From: a virus
Length of the DNA: 64,000 nucleotides
IMG/VR virus record: IMGVR_UViG_3300034105_001195
Span: 1 to 64,000 of that record
Strand: one strand, 5' to 3'
Shown: positions 28,965 to 37,516 of the stretch, in pieces
How positions within the stretch are numbered: the first letter of the stretch is position 1
How the letters are laid out: the number at the start of each line of letters is the position of its first letter
Translations under genes and position numbers: made by a program
The notes under the pieces: model-generated
The model's database searches: none
Told to the model about the DNA's origin: nothing
The model's input: only the letters and a program-made list of their open reading frames with translations

Positions 28965-29729
28965 TTATAGCCAGGTGCGGTCTACGATTGTACCGTATTC
29001 TGCGCCTGCGTCTGCTGATGCTCCTGATGGAAGCAAACGGAATGTTACTGGGAATGTTGATGCTGCGTTACGAGCCAAAGAGAACTGTGACTGTTGTACA
29101 GAAAGAACACGACGTGCATAATATACACGCTCAGTCTTTGATGATTCTGCAGTTGTTGGAGCCTGTCCAATTGCAACTAGCTGACGCTCAACTGGAGCTT
29201 CTCCTAGTGCACCTGCTGCAAGACCTAGCTTCTTACCGTTTTCAGTAAGAGTTGCTGCTGATTGTCCAAATACGGCAAGAACGTTCTCAAGAGTTCCTTC
29301 TGCCATTTCTGTTGCAATCATAACTTCCATTGTCTCCTTGAACAGCTTAGCTGTATCAAGAAGCTGATCTACTGTTACTGAACCGTATGATGGGTTGTAA
29401 GTAATTTGAAGACCGTTGTTTGTGAATCCGACGTTACGGTAAGCAGCTCCTGAGTTTGCAAGAGTTGCTGGTGCAACTGCTGAACCTGTGGTTGCATCTA
29501 CTGCGTTAAGAGTTGTTGTGTATGACTCTCCTGCAACGTATGGTCCTGGTGTAGCTGATGTTCCATTCTTAAATGCTGGGACTGTCTTATTGCGTCCAGC
29601 AGCGCCTGTGATAGCTGTTCCTGGAACCATGTTTTCTACGTAACCTGATGTAGTAGAATCTTCTACTGACAAAAATAGTGGTGACGCACCAACAAGAATG
29701 TTTCTAGCATTACCTGTGTTTTGTGCCAT
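28965..29729 (-). CDS. Major tail (tube) protein
   Basis: NILVGASPLF, VGFTNNGLQITYNP...VDQLLD and FPVTFRLLP motifs; strong GGAGG RBS; own terminator. Confidence 0.85.
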   Translation of the reverse strand: MAQNTGNARNILVGASPLFLSVEDSTTSGYVENMVPGTAITGAAGRNKTVPAFKNGTSATPGPYVAGESYTTTLNAVDATTGSAVAPATLANSGAAYRNVGFTNNGLQITYNPSYGSVTVDQLLDTAKLFKETMEVMIATEMAEGTLENVLAVFGQSAATLTENGKKLGLAAGALGEAPVERQLVAIGQAPTTAESSKTERVYYARRVLSVQQSQFSLARNAASTFPVTFRLLPSGASADAGAEYGTIVDRTWL

Positions 29730-29812
29730 GTTGTATAACCTCCATTAAATAAATATATATATATTGACTTACTTTAAATCAAGCTGGCTAGGCTCATTTC
29801 CTCTTATGTCCA

Positions 29813-29841
29813 ATTTTACTGGATTAAGCCTTTAAAAGCAA
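29813..29841 (-). promoter_or_regulatory. Sigma70-like promoter of the major tail gene
   Basis: TTGCTT-N17-TAAAAT. Confidence 0.5.
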
Positions 29842-30351
29842 CTAGGCAAATCGGCCTAGTCTATCGGTGACTCTAGAGTATTTGACCTCTAGTATTACGT
29901 CTGCTGACAGGAACCCCTGAAGTTCTTGAGATGGCTCAATTGGAGAGGTCTCTGTAATATGAATGCTGTGGAAAATTAATTTATTAGAAGTCTTTGAGGC
30001 ATTGACATCCTTTGCAGATTCGTCCATTCTTCTGAAAAGGTCTGTCATGAGGTTTCTCATCTCGTAGATTTCTGTTACATCTGTTGAATAGATGGTGAAC
30101 AAAACCTTCTCACAGCATATTAGCCAGTTCTCCTCATAGGATAAACCGATTTTGTCATATACGATGTGCTTCTTGCCGTTTAGGAATTGATCCATTTCTG
30201 GCAATTGCTGGACTGGAACAATAGGGATTATCTCTGTTCCAAGGTTGTCCGAGTAATAATCGTTCTGATTAAACATTCCCGTCAACTTTAATTGTGTCCA
30301 TAGGAACTTGCGAAGCTCGAACATTGCGTCTATCTTATAATCTACTGTCAT
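29842..30351 (-). CDS. Tail terminator/completion protein (putative)
   Basis: Size and position directly upstream of the major tail gene. Confidence 0.55.
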   Translation of the reverse strand: MTVDYKIDAMFELRKFLWTQLKLTGMFNQNDYYSDNLGTEIIPIVPVQQLPEMDQFLNGKKHIVYDKIGLSYEENWLICCEKVLFTIYSTDVTEIYEMRNLMTDLFRRMDESAKDVNASKTSNKLIFHSIHITETSPIEPSQELQGFLSADVILEVKYSRVTDRLGRFA

Positions 30352-31136
30352 AGTGAGCCTCCAAATGATGAACTTAATGCTGCGTCCGCCTGCATTCTTA
30401 TTTTACCAGCACTGAAGCTATACTGCACCTTTTTAATATTAATTGGGACATCTAGGGCTTTAGCGATCTTAGCATTAAAGATTCTTTGGAATCCAGATGA
30501 ACGTATTGAAGAGTTTACTAGTTGCCCGCCAAAAAATCTACCATATGTAAGAGCAAACTGATTTGTTGCCGCCCTGCCTCCAGGCCTCTTGACGGTCACA
30601 GAGGTTCCTTTAGGCATAAAGACTGTTGCACCATCTAATTCAAATACTAAGCGCTCTGCTGACTTTGGGCGAATTACTACGGGCATTCCCTCTTCCATCA
30701 CGGTAGCCTTATTACTAAATACATATTTTCTTTTTTGCTTTTTGTTCTTAGAAGGAACTGCTGATTTAGATAATTTAAAGTCACGACCTATTCTAAATGA
30801 AAGTCCACCTGTGTCTATTAAGTATAAATCAAATAATCTAAATGAGGGATTACCTGTCTTATTCCACTCATATACGTGGTGAAGGCTTTTAGGCTTTGTT
30901 CTTGCCTGAGCATCTACATACTGACCGAAGTCTTTTTCTATTTGATTAAATATGGTTGTTTTAAATAAGTTTTTAAATTCGGCATTTGATGTCAGCTTAG
31001 AAAGGACTGCAGCTTCATAGTATAGGAATGCTGATATCTGGGCTACTGTGCTGTCTTTGATTACTCCTGGAACTGATCCAGCCATCAATCTTTCTAGACC
31101 GCTAGATGCTTGCAGTAATGCTACGCTACTGTCCAA
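30348..31136 (-). CDS. Neck/tail-completion region protein (putative)
   Basis: Position in the head-tail joining cluster; LHHVYEW and MEEGMPVVIRPK motifs. Confidence 0.5.
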   Translation of the reverse strand: MDSSVALLQASSGLERLMAGSVPGVIKDSTVAQISAFLYYEAAVLSKLTSNAEFKNLFKTTIFNQIEKDFGQYVDAQARTKPKSLHHVYEWNKTGNPSFRLFDLYLIDTGGLSFRIGRDFKLSKSAVPSKNKKQKRKYVFSNKATVMEEGMPVVIRPKSAERLVFELDGATVFMPKGTSVTVKRPGGRAATNQFALTYGRFFGGQLVNSSIRSSGFQRIFNAKIAKALDVPINIKKVQYSFSAGKIRMQADAALSSSFGGSL

Positions 31137-31554
31137 TTACCTGACTCTCCGATCTTTTTATAGTGGCGTTATATCCAACAATTCCACCTAGTGGTTCTGT
31201 CATTGGAACAACACCCATTACTTCAAATACTGTCGGAGTGTTATTTGGAAAGTTAATTTCTTCCCATATTACGGTGCCATCTAGATTTCTGATGTTTGTA
31301 ATCTTTTCTCTAAAGGTAACCTTTGTTGCAGTTCTTACTTGTAATACCTGATCATTTAAATACTTATTAGAAAAGACTTGCTTGTCTCCAGCCGTTCTTG
31401 AAGATGAGTTGCTTACTGTACCTTTAGCACTGCATGGTACAGTTCTAGTAAATTGCCACTCTTTTTTTAATGCGCCAGTTGACTCGTCTTGTGTATCGAA
31501 TTGCTTATAGACATCCATAAGCATAGGAAAGACTGAATCAATAATGGCATACAT
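31126..31554 (-). CDS. Head-to-tail stopper/closure protein (putative)
   Basis: Size, beta-rich composition and position after the adaptor. Confidence 0.55.
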   Translation of the reverse strand: MYAIIDSVFPMLMDVYKQFDTQDESTGALKKEWQFTRTVPCSAKGTVSNSSSRTAGDKQVFSNKYLNDQVLQVRTATKVTFREKITNIRNLDGTVIWEEINFPNNTPTVFEVMGVVPMTEPLGGIVGYNATIKRSESQVIGQ

Positions 31555-32540
31555 TAGATCAGAACCATTTGAGTGATAACATACGGATTAAGAAGCTGGT
31601 CTACATATAGATTGCCAGTTCCCTTTGATGCCGATGCATTATACTCAAAGCTCCAGTCAAATGTCTTGATTGATTTGATGTACTTATTTCTCCAGACCTT
31701 GTCCTTTGAGAAGTAATCTTTCATCAGTTCAACTGTAGCAAGCTGGACCTTATCTGGAACAGATTCCCATCCAAATTGTCCTACGATCTTGTACTTAATA
31801 TTTTTAGAAAATACACCGTTAAATGTATCATTAATTGATGGCGGAACTAAGCCATTTGCAACATATACCGTATTATCCAATAGGTTAGTTCTGTTTACTC
31901 TTACTCCGAATCCAGTCTCTGAAACAATTGGATCGTACAACCAATTATTGACTTTAGGAGTAGAAAGATTGTCCACTAGCAAGATATCATTAGAGTAAAT
32001 CTTATATATCTTGTTTAGTTTAGCTGGAAGAGGAAGTGTGTCTGAATCATCTCCATAGATTGATTCTTCTCCTGAGTATAGATAAAAGTCTTGATTTGTA
32101 AAATCTTCTACTATCTTTCTTGCATATCTTTCTGCTGCCTGTAGATCTCCGTATGTCTTATAATTTGGATCGCTTGGGTCTGCCCCAAAGTTCAAATCAT
32201 CTATCTGTTCATTGATATTGATATAGGGAGATACTACATTAGCATATGTGGTATGTGTTCCTACTGCCCCGCCTGAAACTGTATACTGCCATACAATCTT
32301 AAAGTTTCTAGGATATGACGAATACGAAAATGGCAACACTATTTGATAGGTACCAATATCTGTCTCTACCGCCGTTGCATTAATCGTTGACAATATAGTT
32401 GTCGGTAGTATGACATTGGTTGGATCTTTTGTTACGTCATAAATCTTTGCTGTTACAACGCTAGAAGGTGTTATTAGTTCACCCTCCCAATAGATCTTTG
32501 TTCTAATTGGTGAGTTGCTATTTACGTATATCTCTGCCAT
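31554..32540 (-). CDS. Head-to-tail adaptor with an extra N-terminal Ig-like domain
   Basis: AERYARKIVEDFTNQ...GWESVPDKVQLATVEL...TGNLYVDQLLNPY gp15/gp6-like motifs. Confidence 0.7.
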   Translation of the reverse strand: MAEIYVNSNSPIRTKIYWEGELITPSSVVTAKIYDVTKDPTNVILPTTILSTINATAVETDIGTYQIVLPFSYSSYPRNFKIVWQYTVSGGAVGTHTTYANVVSPYININEQIDDLNFGADPSDPNYKTYGDLQAAERYARKIVEDFTNQDFYLYSGEESIYGDDSDTLPLPAKLNKIYKIYSNDILLVDNLSTPKVNNWLYDPIVSETGFGVRVNRTNLLDNTVYVANGLVPPSINDTFNGVFSKNIKYKIVGQFGWESVPDKVQLATVELMKDYFSKDKVWRNKYIKSIKTFDWSFEYNASASKGTGNLYVDQLLNPYVITQMVLI

Positions 32541-32554
32541 GTTATAGGCTTAGA

Positions 32555-32962
32555 TTAGTTGTAATACTCCTGAACTTCTTTTGGAGTTGCTAATCTGAAG
32601 CCCTCCTCCTTATCAAAAATTTCTTGAGCATTGTCTTCTGTCATTGCAATAAACGGGTGCTCTCTTGTAAATGTAAATCCATTAATATCATACCTGAAGT
32701 TTTCTCTAGTCATTCTAACTAGCACTGTGTCTTCTGGCTGAGCATTTGGATCAAATCTTGGAAGAATCTCTTCTGCGTTCTCGCTGAATTCATCTGTCGA
32801 ATCTTCGATGTCCTTAATAGTCTTTTGATAAACAGACCATGTGACTCCCTCTTCTGCAAGGGCGGCAACGATATCTGCCTTACTCTTAATACCATCAGTA
32901 TCAACTGCAAAGTCCTCTGCAATTTTTCTGAGTTCTGCTACTTTCAATGTCTCGAATGACAT
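32555..32962 (-). CDS. Protein with an N-terminal Rho-N/HeH-like domain
   Basis: LKVAELRKIAEDF...SKADIV pattern; follows the capsid gene; own TGCTATAAT promoter at 32988-32996. Confidence 0.6.
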   Translation of the reverse strand: MSFETLKVAELRKIAEDFAVDTDGIKSKADIVAALAEEGVTWSVYQKTIKDIEDSTDEFSENAEEILPRFDPNAQPEDTVLVRMTRENFRYDINGFTFTREHPFIAMTEDNAQEIFDKEEGFRLATPKEVQEYYN

Positions 32963-33011
32963 ATTATCTCCTTTGTTAGGTTATTCAATTATAGCATTGA
33001 TAAATTAAAAT

Positions 33012-33043
33012 GAAAAGCCCCCAAAATTAATTGGGGGCCTTTC
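33012..33043 (-). terminator. Intrinsic terminator after the major capsid gene
   Basis: GCCCCCAA-loop-TTGGGGGC followed by TTTT on the minus strand. Confidence 0.8.
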
Positions 33044-33064
33044 GAGGGTTTTATCTTAAATTAA

Positions 33065-34114
33065 TTAAGAAGCAACCTTAACGTTCTTTACAACGACCCA
33101 AGCGTCAGCTTGTTCGATCTGGACGCCAACACGAGTATACATTGTGTACTCGATTGAGTCCTTACGTGGCCAGAAGAAGCGGTAGACTGTTACGTCACGC
33201 TTAACTCCGATAACTACGTTATTTGGGAATGACAAGTGAATGTCTCCGTGTGATCCTGTTGGTGTTGTGTAATCACCAGTCTGTGTCTCGTTAAGAAGTG
33301 GTACTTCAACAATCGGAATACCGAATGCGAATGGTGCCACATATCCTGCTGGTCCACCTAGTGGTGCGACTCCGCCACGGATAACGCTTGAAGCGATGTC
33401 CTGTGGAATTGTCTGGTTTGTTCCAATGCTGTTAGCATATAGGAAATCCTGAATCAAGTTTGATCCAGCAAGGAAGCGAAGGTCTCCACGACGTTGCTTG
33501 TACTTACGTGGCATAGCCTTAAGTGCCTTGTTGAATACTTCACGTGATACTGTGGCTCCAGCTGCGTCTACGACACGACCTGATGCCTTTGCCTTCTTTA
33601 CAACGCCATCGAATGACTTGTAAAGAGCGTCTCCTGTTAGGGAAACATTTCCATTGAGGATTACATCTTCAATGTCGTTACCTGCCTGTGTTGCCATCAA
33701 ACGTGCAATGTGATCTTCTAGATCTGCACCTTCGATGTTGTCTTCTAGAGACTCTGTTGAAAGCTCCCAGTCCATGCGGAGTTTCTTTGTTGTCAAAGAG
33801 ATTTTTGAGAAAGTTACTGCATTGTTAGATGCTGTATCGTCTGCCTCAGTTGCAAGCTTCATAAGCTTCTCACCAACGGACATACGGTCAATCTCGGCTG
33901 TGTCTGACTTCATACGAACTGTACGTGCGACCTTACCGATTACGGTTGCGTCGAACATATAGTCAAGGAAGCGAGCTGATTGTTCTGGGTTAAGAAGTCC
34001 ACCGTTACCAGCTTCTGATGCACGGTGTGTTCCTGTTCCACCAGTTGTTGAGGCAAATGTGCCTGTAGCTGTAGTTCCAGCTGCAACTGCTTTTTCTAAT
34101 GTTTCATTGCTCAT
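33065..34114 (-). CDS. Major capsid protein (HK97 fold)
   Basis: GGLLNPEQSARF, LEDNIEG and DIEDVILNG motifs; strong codon bias; follows the protease; has its own terminator. Confidence 0.9.
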   Translation of the reverse strand: MSNETLEKAVAAGTTATGTFASTTGGTGTHRASEAGNGGLLNPEQSARFLDYMFDATVIGKVARTVRMKSDTAEIDRMSVGEKLMKLATEADDTASNNAVTFSKISLTTKKLRMDWELSTESLEDNIEGADLEDHIARLMATQAGNDIEDVILNGNVSLTGDALYKSFDGVVKKAKASGRVVDAAGATVSREVFNKALKAMPRKYKQRRGDLRFLAGSNLIQDFLYANSIGTNQTIPQDIASSVIRGGVAPLGGPAGYVAPFAFGIPIVEVPLLNETQTGDYTTPTGSHGDIHLSFPNNVVIGVKRDVTVYRFFWPRKDSIEYTMYTRVGVQIEQADAWVVVKNVKVAS

Positions 34115-34129
34115 TATTTTATACCTACC

Positions 34130-34690
34130 TTAGTTGAATATTTCGTTTACGGAACCGAGGAAAGAACCGTTCCATTTAGATTTTTTGATTGTTACTTCTT
34201 CTGATCGGCCAAGATCTGAAGACTTCTTGATTGCAGTCTCTGATTCTACTGCGTCGACACGCTTTTGTACACCATCAATCGTGTTCTTGATGTTATTTAC
34301 AGCGCTTGAAAGTGCTGTGTGTTGTTCTGCCAACTCTGAAATTCTAGCATCTACGCTCTTGCTGAAAGTTTCAACAGTCTCTTGGATTGTTGTTACTTGT
34401 GCTGCATTTGCTTCAGATGCCTTGTTTAGAGTTTCTGAGAAAAAGCCTTTTAGATCGCCTAACATCTTCGCAAAATCAGGTTCATCAACCTTATCTTCTG
34501 ATACTTCGGCTGCTTTTTCCAGAGTCTCGGCAGGAACGTCTTCTGCTACTGCATCTGCAGGAGCTTCAGCTGGAGTTGCATCTTCTGCAACAACTGCTGT
34601 ATCTTCAACGGCTGCTTCTGTTGTTTCTGCTTCGGCTGGTGCCTCTACTGCAACATCTTCGACAACTACGTTTTCTGTATTATCTGACAT
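34130..34690 (-). CDS. Nested in-frame scaffolding protein (internal start)
   Basis: AAGGAGGT (34697-34704) lies 6 nt before the in-frame ATG of MSDNTENVVV. Confidence 0.65.
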   Translation of the reverse strand: MSDNTENVVVEDVAVEAPAEAETTEAAVEDTAVVAEDATPAEAPADAVAEDVPAETLEKAAEVSEDKVDEPDFAKMLGDLKGFFSETLNKASEANAAQVTTIQETVETFSKSVDARISELAEQHTALSSAVNNIKNTIDGVQKRVDAVESETAIKKSSDLGRSEEVTIKKSKWNGSFLGSVNEIFN

Positions 34691-35479
34691 TTCATTACCT
34701 CCTTCTGCGTTTGCCTGTTTTGCAATTGTTTGTGTTTCAGGCAACGTAAATCTTGAATGCTTGTATGCATCAAGAATCTTATCTATCTCTTTTGCTTTGT
34801 TAACATCTGAGCTTTCAACCCATCCGATTAACTCTGCTGGCTTTCCAGATACTGGAGAGTCATATGTTTTATCTGTTGAGATAAAAACAGAATCACTGTC
34901 TGCACAGTAAAATATATTTTCAGTTACTACTCCTACTGCAATTCCCTTTGCAATGTATTGTCCATTGACCTTCTGGATAGAAAGAATGTTACAAAGTTCA
35001 TTTGCTGGTGAATCAACAATAGAAAGCTCAATTAGTTCATAGTTCTTAATAAATCTTACGGTCTTGCCACTCGCCTTGTTAACTTCATTGTCTGACTCAA
35101 GAATCTTTCCGCCGATTGAGAATCCAGATAGAGTTCCGTCTAAAACTTTCTCCCAGGTGTCTTGTGCGCCCTTTGAGATGTATGCATCGACATACACTCC
35201 GTTGAAGAACTCTTTTGACTTTGGGTCGTAGAAAGTTTCTGGTTTAAAAGAAACCATCTTTCCTACCGCATTTGATCCGTGCATCTCACGAATATTCCCA
35301 CGGAAATTTTCGAATGCCTTGAGACTTGATTCTGCTGTTACAACATCACCAGTCTGATCAACATTGTCTAGGGTTGCGAATCCAGATACGGTTCTCTTTT
35401 CACGGTTAACTTTAGTAAAAGGAACCGACAAATTAATAACGTTGCCGTTACTGGTCCATAAAGACTTTTCAATGTTCAT
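34130..35479 (-). CDS. Prohead protease fused to scaffold
   Basis: VSGFAT.DNVDQTGD, REMH, GFSIGG and ELSIVDSPAN (HK97-type protease); acidic/coiled-coil C-terminal half. Confidence 0.88.
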   Translation of the reverse strand: MNIEKSLWTSNGNVINLSVPFTKVNREKRTVSGFATLDNVDQTGDVVTAESSLKAFENFRGNIREMHGSNAVGKMVSFKPETFYDPKSKEFFNGVYVDAYISKGAQDTWEKVLDGTLSGFSIGGKILESDNEVNKASGKTVRFIKNYELIELSIVDSPANELCNILSIQKVNGQYIAKGIAVGVVTENIFYCADSDSVFISTDKTYDSPVSGKPAELIGWVESSDVNKAKEIDKILDAYKHSRFTLPETQTIAKQANAEGGNEMSDNTENVVVEDVAVEAPAEAETTEAAVEDTAVVAEDATPAEAPADAVAEDVPAETLEKAAEVSEDKVDEPDFAKMLGDLKGFFSETLNKASEANAAQVTTIQETVETFSKSVDARISELAEQHTALSSAVNNIKNTIDGVQKRVDAVESETAIKKSSDLGRSEEVTIKKSKWNGSFLGSVNEIFN

Positions 35480-35532
35480 ATGCTTAATTTTATAGTGTTA
35501 TAGACTATAAAGCAAATAACAGTTGAGTGGAC

Positions 35533-37116
35533 TTAGTCAACCTGTCTTCCGTCGCCTTTAGCATTTCTGCCTTCCCCATCAACATCGGGGGCGGCTGCCT
35601 GACGGTCTTGAGATCTTTGTCTTGTATTTCCTGCTTGAGCTCTTTGCTCTGCGGCGGCTTGTCCTTTTAAATCGACCATGTCGTCTCCGCCATCAAGTGG
35701 AATCATACCCTTTCTAATTCTAACTTCATTAGGGGTAATTACCTGCATACGCAAATATCTTTCATCAATTTTAGACTGGGTATCCTCATCGGTCAAAGTC
35801 AATTCATTAAACTTCAAAGTTAGGGCATCGGTCTTTTCTTCAAATATTGCATTTATTTTCTTTTCAAGTGTCATCTGGGCTGGACGGCAAACTTGCTCTT
35901 TAAATGTCTTGTCTGCATCACGGGCAACCGCTAAATTTACACCCTCTGGAGTTCCAATTTTATTAATTGGCACACGGTGGGCTAATAGGATTTCGTCTCT
36001 ATTTGATTTACGATACTTCTCAAATGAACCCTCTTGGCTTCCCGCCTCAATTGGCTCCATTTTAAATTCAACCTTTGAGTCTGGGCTATCTGCTGGAAGC
36101 GGAACATATAAAGATCTGTGGTTCTTTCCCTTTAATCCAACTTGGAAAAACTCAAGCAATTTACGCTCTGACTCTGGAGAAAGCTTTGCTCCCTTTACTG
36201 TAATAATATATCTTGGGACCGCTTTGTTTTCAAAGTAGTCTAGGTTATATCGACCAGATAATTCATTACCTGCGAGTGCTACCTGTGCAGCAATAATATC
36301 TGGGATACCATAATAATTATTCATCGGAGTATACTTCTTAAAATGAATAATCTCATTTGGGCGATCTTCTTGCCCAGCAATTGGATTCTCTGTTTCAGTA
36401 TCTCCAAAGTTATTAAAGAATACAGCCTTGCCGTATAGCAATTGAATAAAGCCGTCTCTTAGTCTACGAACACGCATTGTCTTTGCTGGAATATGTCCAA
36501 TATATCCAATGTTTCCGCCTGTTGTTCTGCCTACTTCAAGGTAGCCATTTCCTGTTGCTTCTAAATCTGTGTAAACCTTAATCAAAGTCTGTGTAAATGT
36601 ATCTTCAGAGTTTGTTGTATCTAGCCAGGCGTGTAAGTCTTGACGAAGCTTATTCAGCTTTCTACGGGCTCTCTCTAACTGCTTGTCATCTGTGATTGCA
36701 TCAAAGGCATCATTAGTTTTCTTTGTATCAACAAAGTCATATCCGAGCCCAACAATGTTTGCAACCTTTGCGTTAATTGCCGCATAGTTATATGTTGAAA
36801 TCTCATACACCTTTGAAAGATACTCTTGGTTATATGGAGGCTCAATAAGGTCAAACATAGCATATCCACTAATTGCTTGTGCAAGTAGGTTTTGCTGTGT
36901 TCCCGTTTCTTCAATGCCAGTAAATGACTTTGAGAACTCTCTATTAATTCTACGCTTAAATGCAGATCCTAGACCTCTGACTTTTTTTAGCTCTTCAAGG
37001 TTTACTGCAAATGGGTCATTGCTCTTTTCATCTTTCTTGAAAGAGAACCAGTCTGCTGTATTTGATATATCAATAATGTTTTCTGAGTTGTTTTCGTTAA
37101 GAAATTCTACTGTCAT
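35533..37116 (-). CDS. Portal protein (PBSX/HK97-like)
   Basis: TGNGYLEV, EIIHFK...YYGIPDI, YFENKAVP, ILLAHRVP and ITPNEVR motifs. Confidence 0.92.
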   Translation of the reverse strand: MTVEFLNENNSENIIDISNTADWFSFKKDEKSNDPFAVNLEELKKVRGLGSAFKRRINREFSKSFTGIEETGTQQNLLAQAISGYAMFDLIEPPYNQEYLSKVYEISTYNYAAINAKVANIVGLGYDFVDTKKTNDAFDAITDDKQLERARRKLNKLRQDLHAWLDTTNSEDTFTQTLIKVYTDLEATGNGYLEVGRTTGGNIGYIGHIPAKTMRVRRLRDGFIQLLYGKAVFFNNFGDTETENPIAGQEDRPNEIIHFKKYTPMNNYYGIPDIIAAQVALAGNELSGRYNLDYFENKAVPRYIITVKGAKLSPESERKLLEFFQVGLKGKNHRSLYVPLPADSPDSKVEFKMEPIEAGSQEGSFEKYRKSNRDEILLAHRVPINKIGTPEGVNLAVARDADKTFKEQVCRPAQMTLEKKINAIFEEKTDALTLKFNELTLTDEDTQSKIDERYLRMQVITPNEVRIRKGMIPLDGGDDMVDLKGQAAAEQRAQAGNTRQRSQDRQAAAPDVDGEGRNAKGDGRQVD

Positions 37117-37454
37117 CTTAAACCACCTAGTTTCTTCATTTCGTCCTTATAGTTACCAATATCATATGGATCAGGGATTAGTCCCCAGTTGAGTCTTTGC
37201 TGTTGGTGCTCAAATTCTTCGTCATCAATTTTGCGTCTTGCTGAAAGAAATTTAGGCCCGCCTTCATATATACCGAATGAGCGAACTTCTCTAGCCAAAG
37301 CATCGATGTTGGATCTATTGCCTTTTTTGGACGTGACCGAAAGAAAGTTGCCATCGTCATCTCCAATCCATCTGCCGTCTGGCATCTCCCAGACATATAT
37401 ACCTAGAATTGACTCTTCGTCATTAACTTTATATTTAGCTTTACTCATATCCAT
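37113..37454 (-). CDS. Hypothetical protein upstream of the portal
   Basis: GIYVWEMPDGRWIGDDDGNFL; ATGA-coupled to the portal; TGGTATGAT upstream. Confidence 0.75.
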   Translation of the reverse strand: MDMSKAKYKVNDEESILGIYVWEMPDGRWIGDDDGNFLSVTSKKGNRSNIDALAREVRSFGIYEGGPKFLSARRKIDDEEFEHQQQRLNWGLIPDPYDIGNYKDEMKKLGGLR

Positions 37455-37516
37455 AGAACTAAATCATACCATTATTTCGTGTCAAAGTCCAGAGTTTGCA
37501 CACTGGTTGGACACAA

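Noticed and set aside
34134-34910. Long plus-strand ORFs (258 aa here; also 35678..36238, 25015..25494, 46651..47169, 49874..50368, 50735..51178)
   Set aside because: Antisense shadows of well-supported minus-strand genes, caused by codon bias or repeats; no RBS or recognisable motifs.
37463-37485. TTGACA as the -35 box of the portal-operon promoter
   Set aside because: Only 11 nt from TATGAT, too short for sigma70 spacing; kept only as an extended -10.
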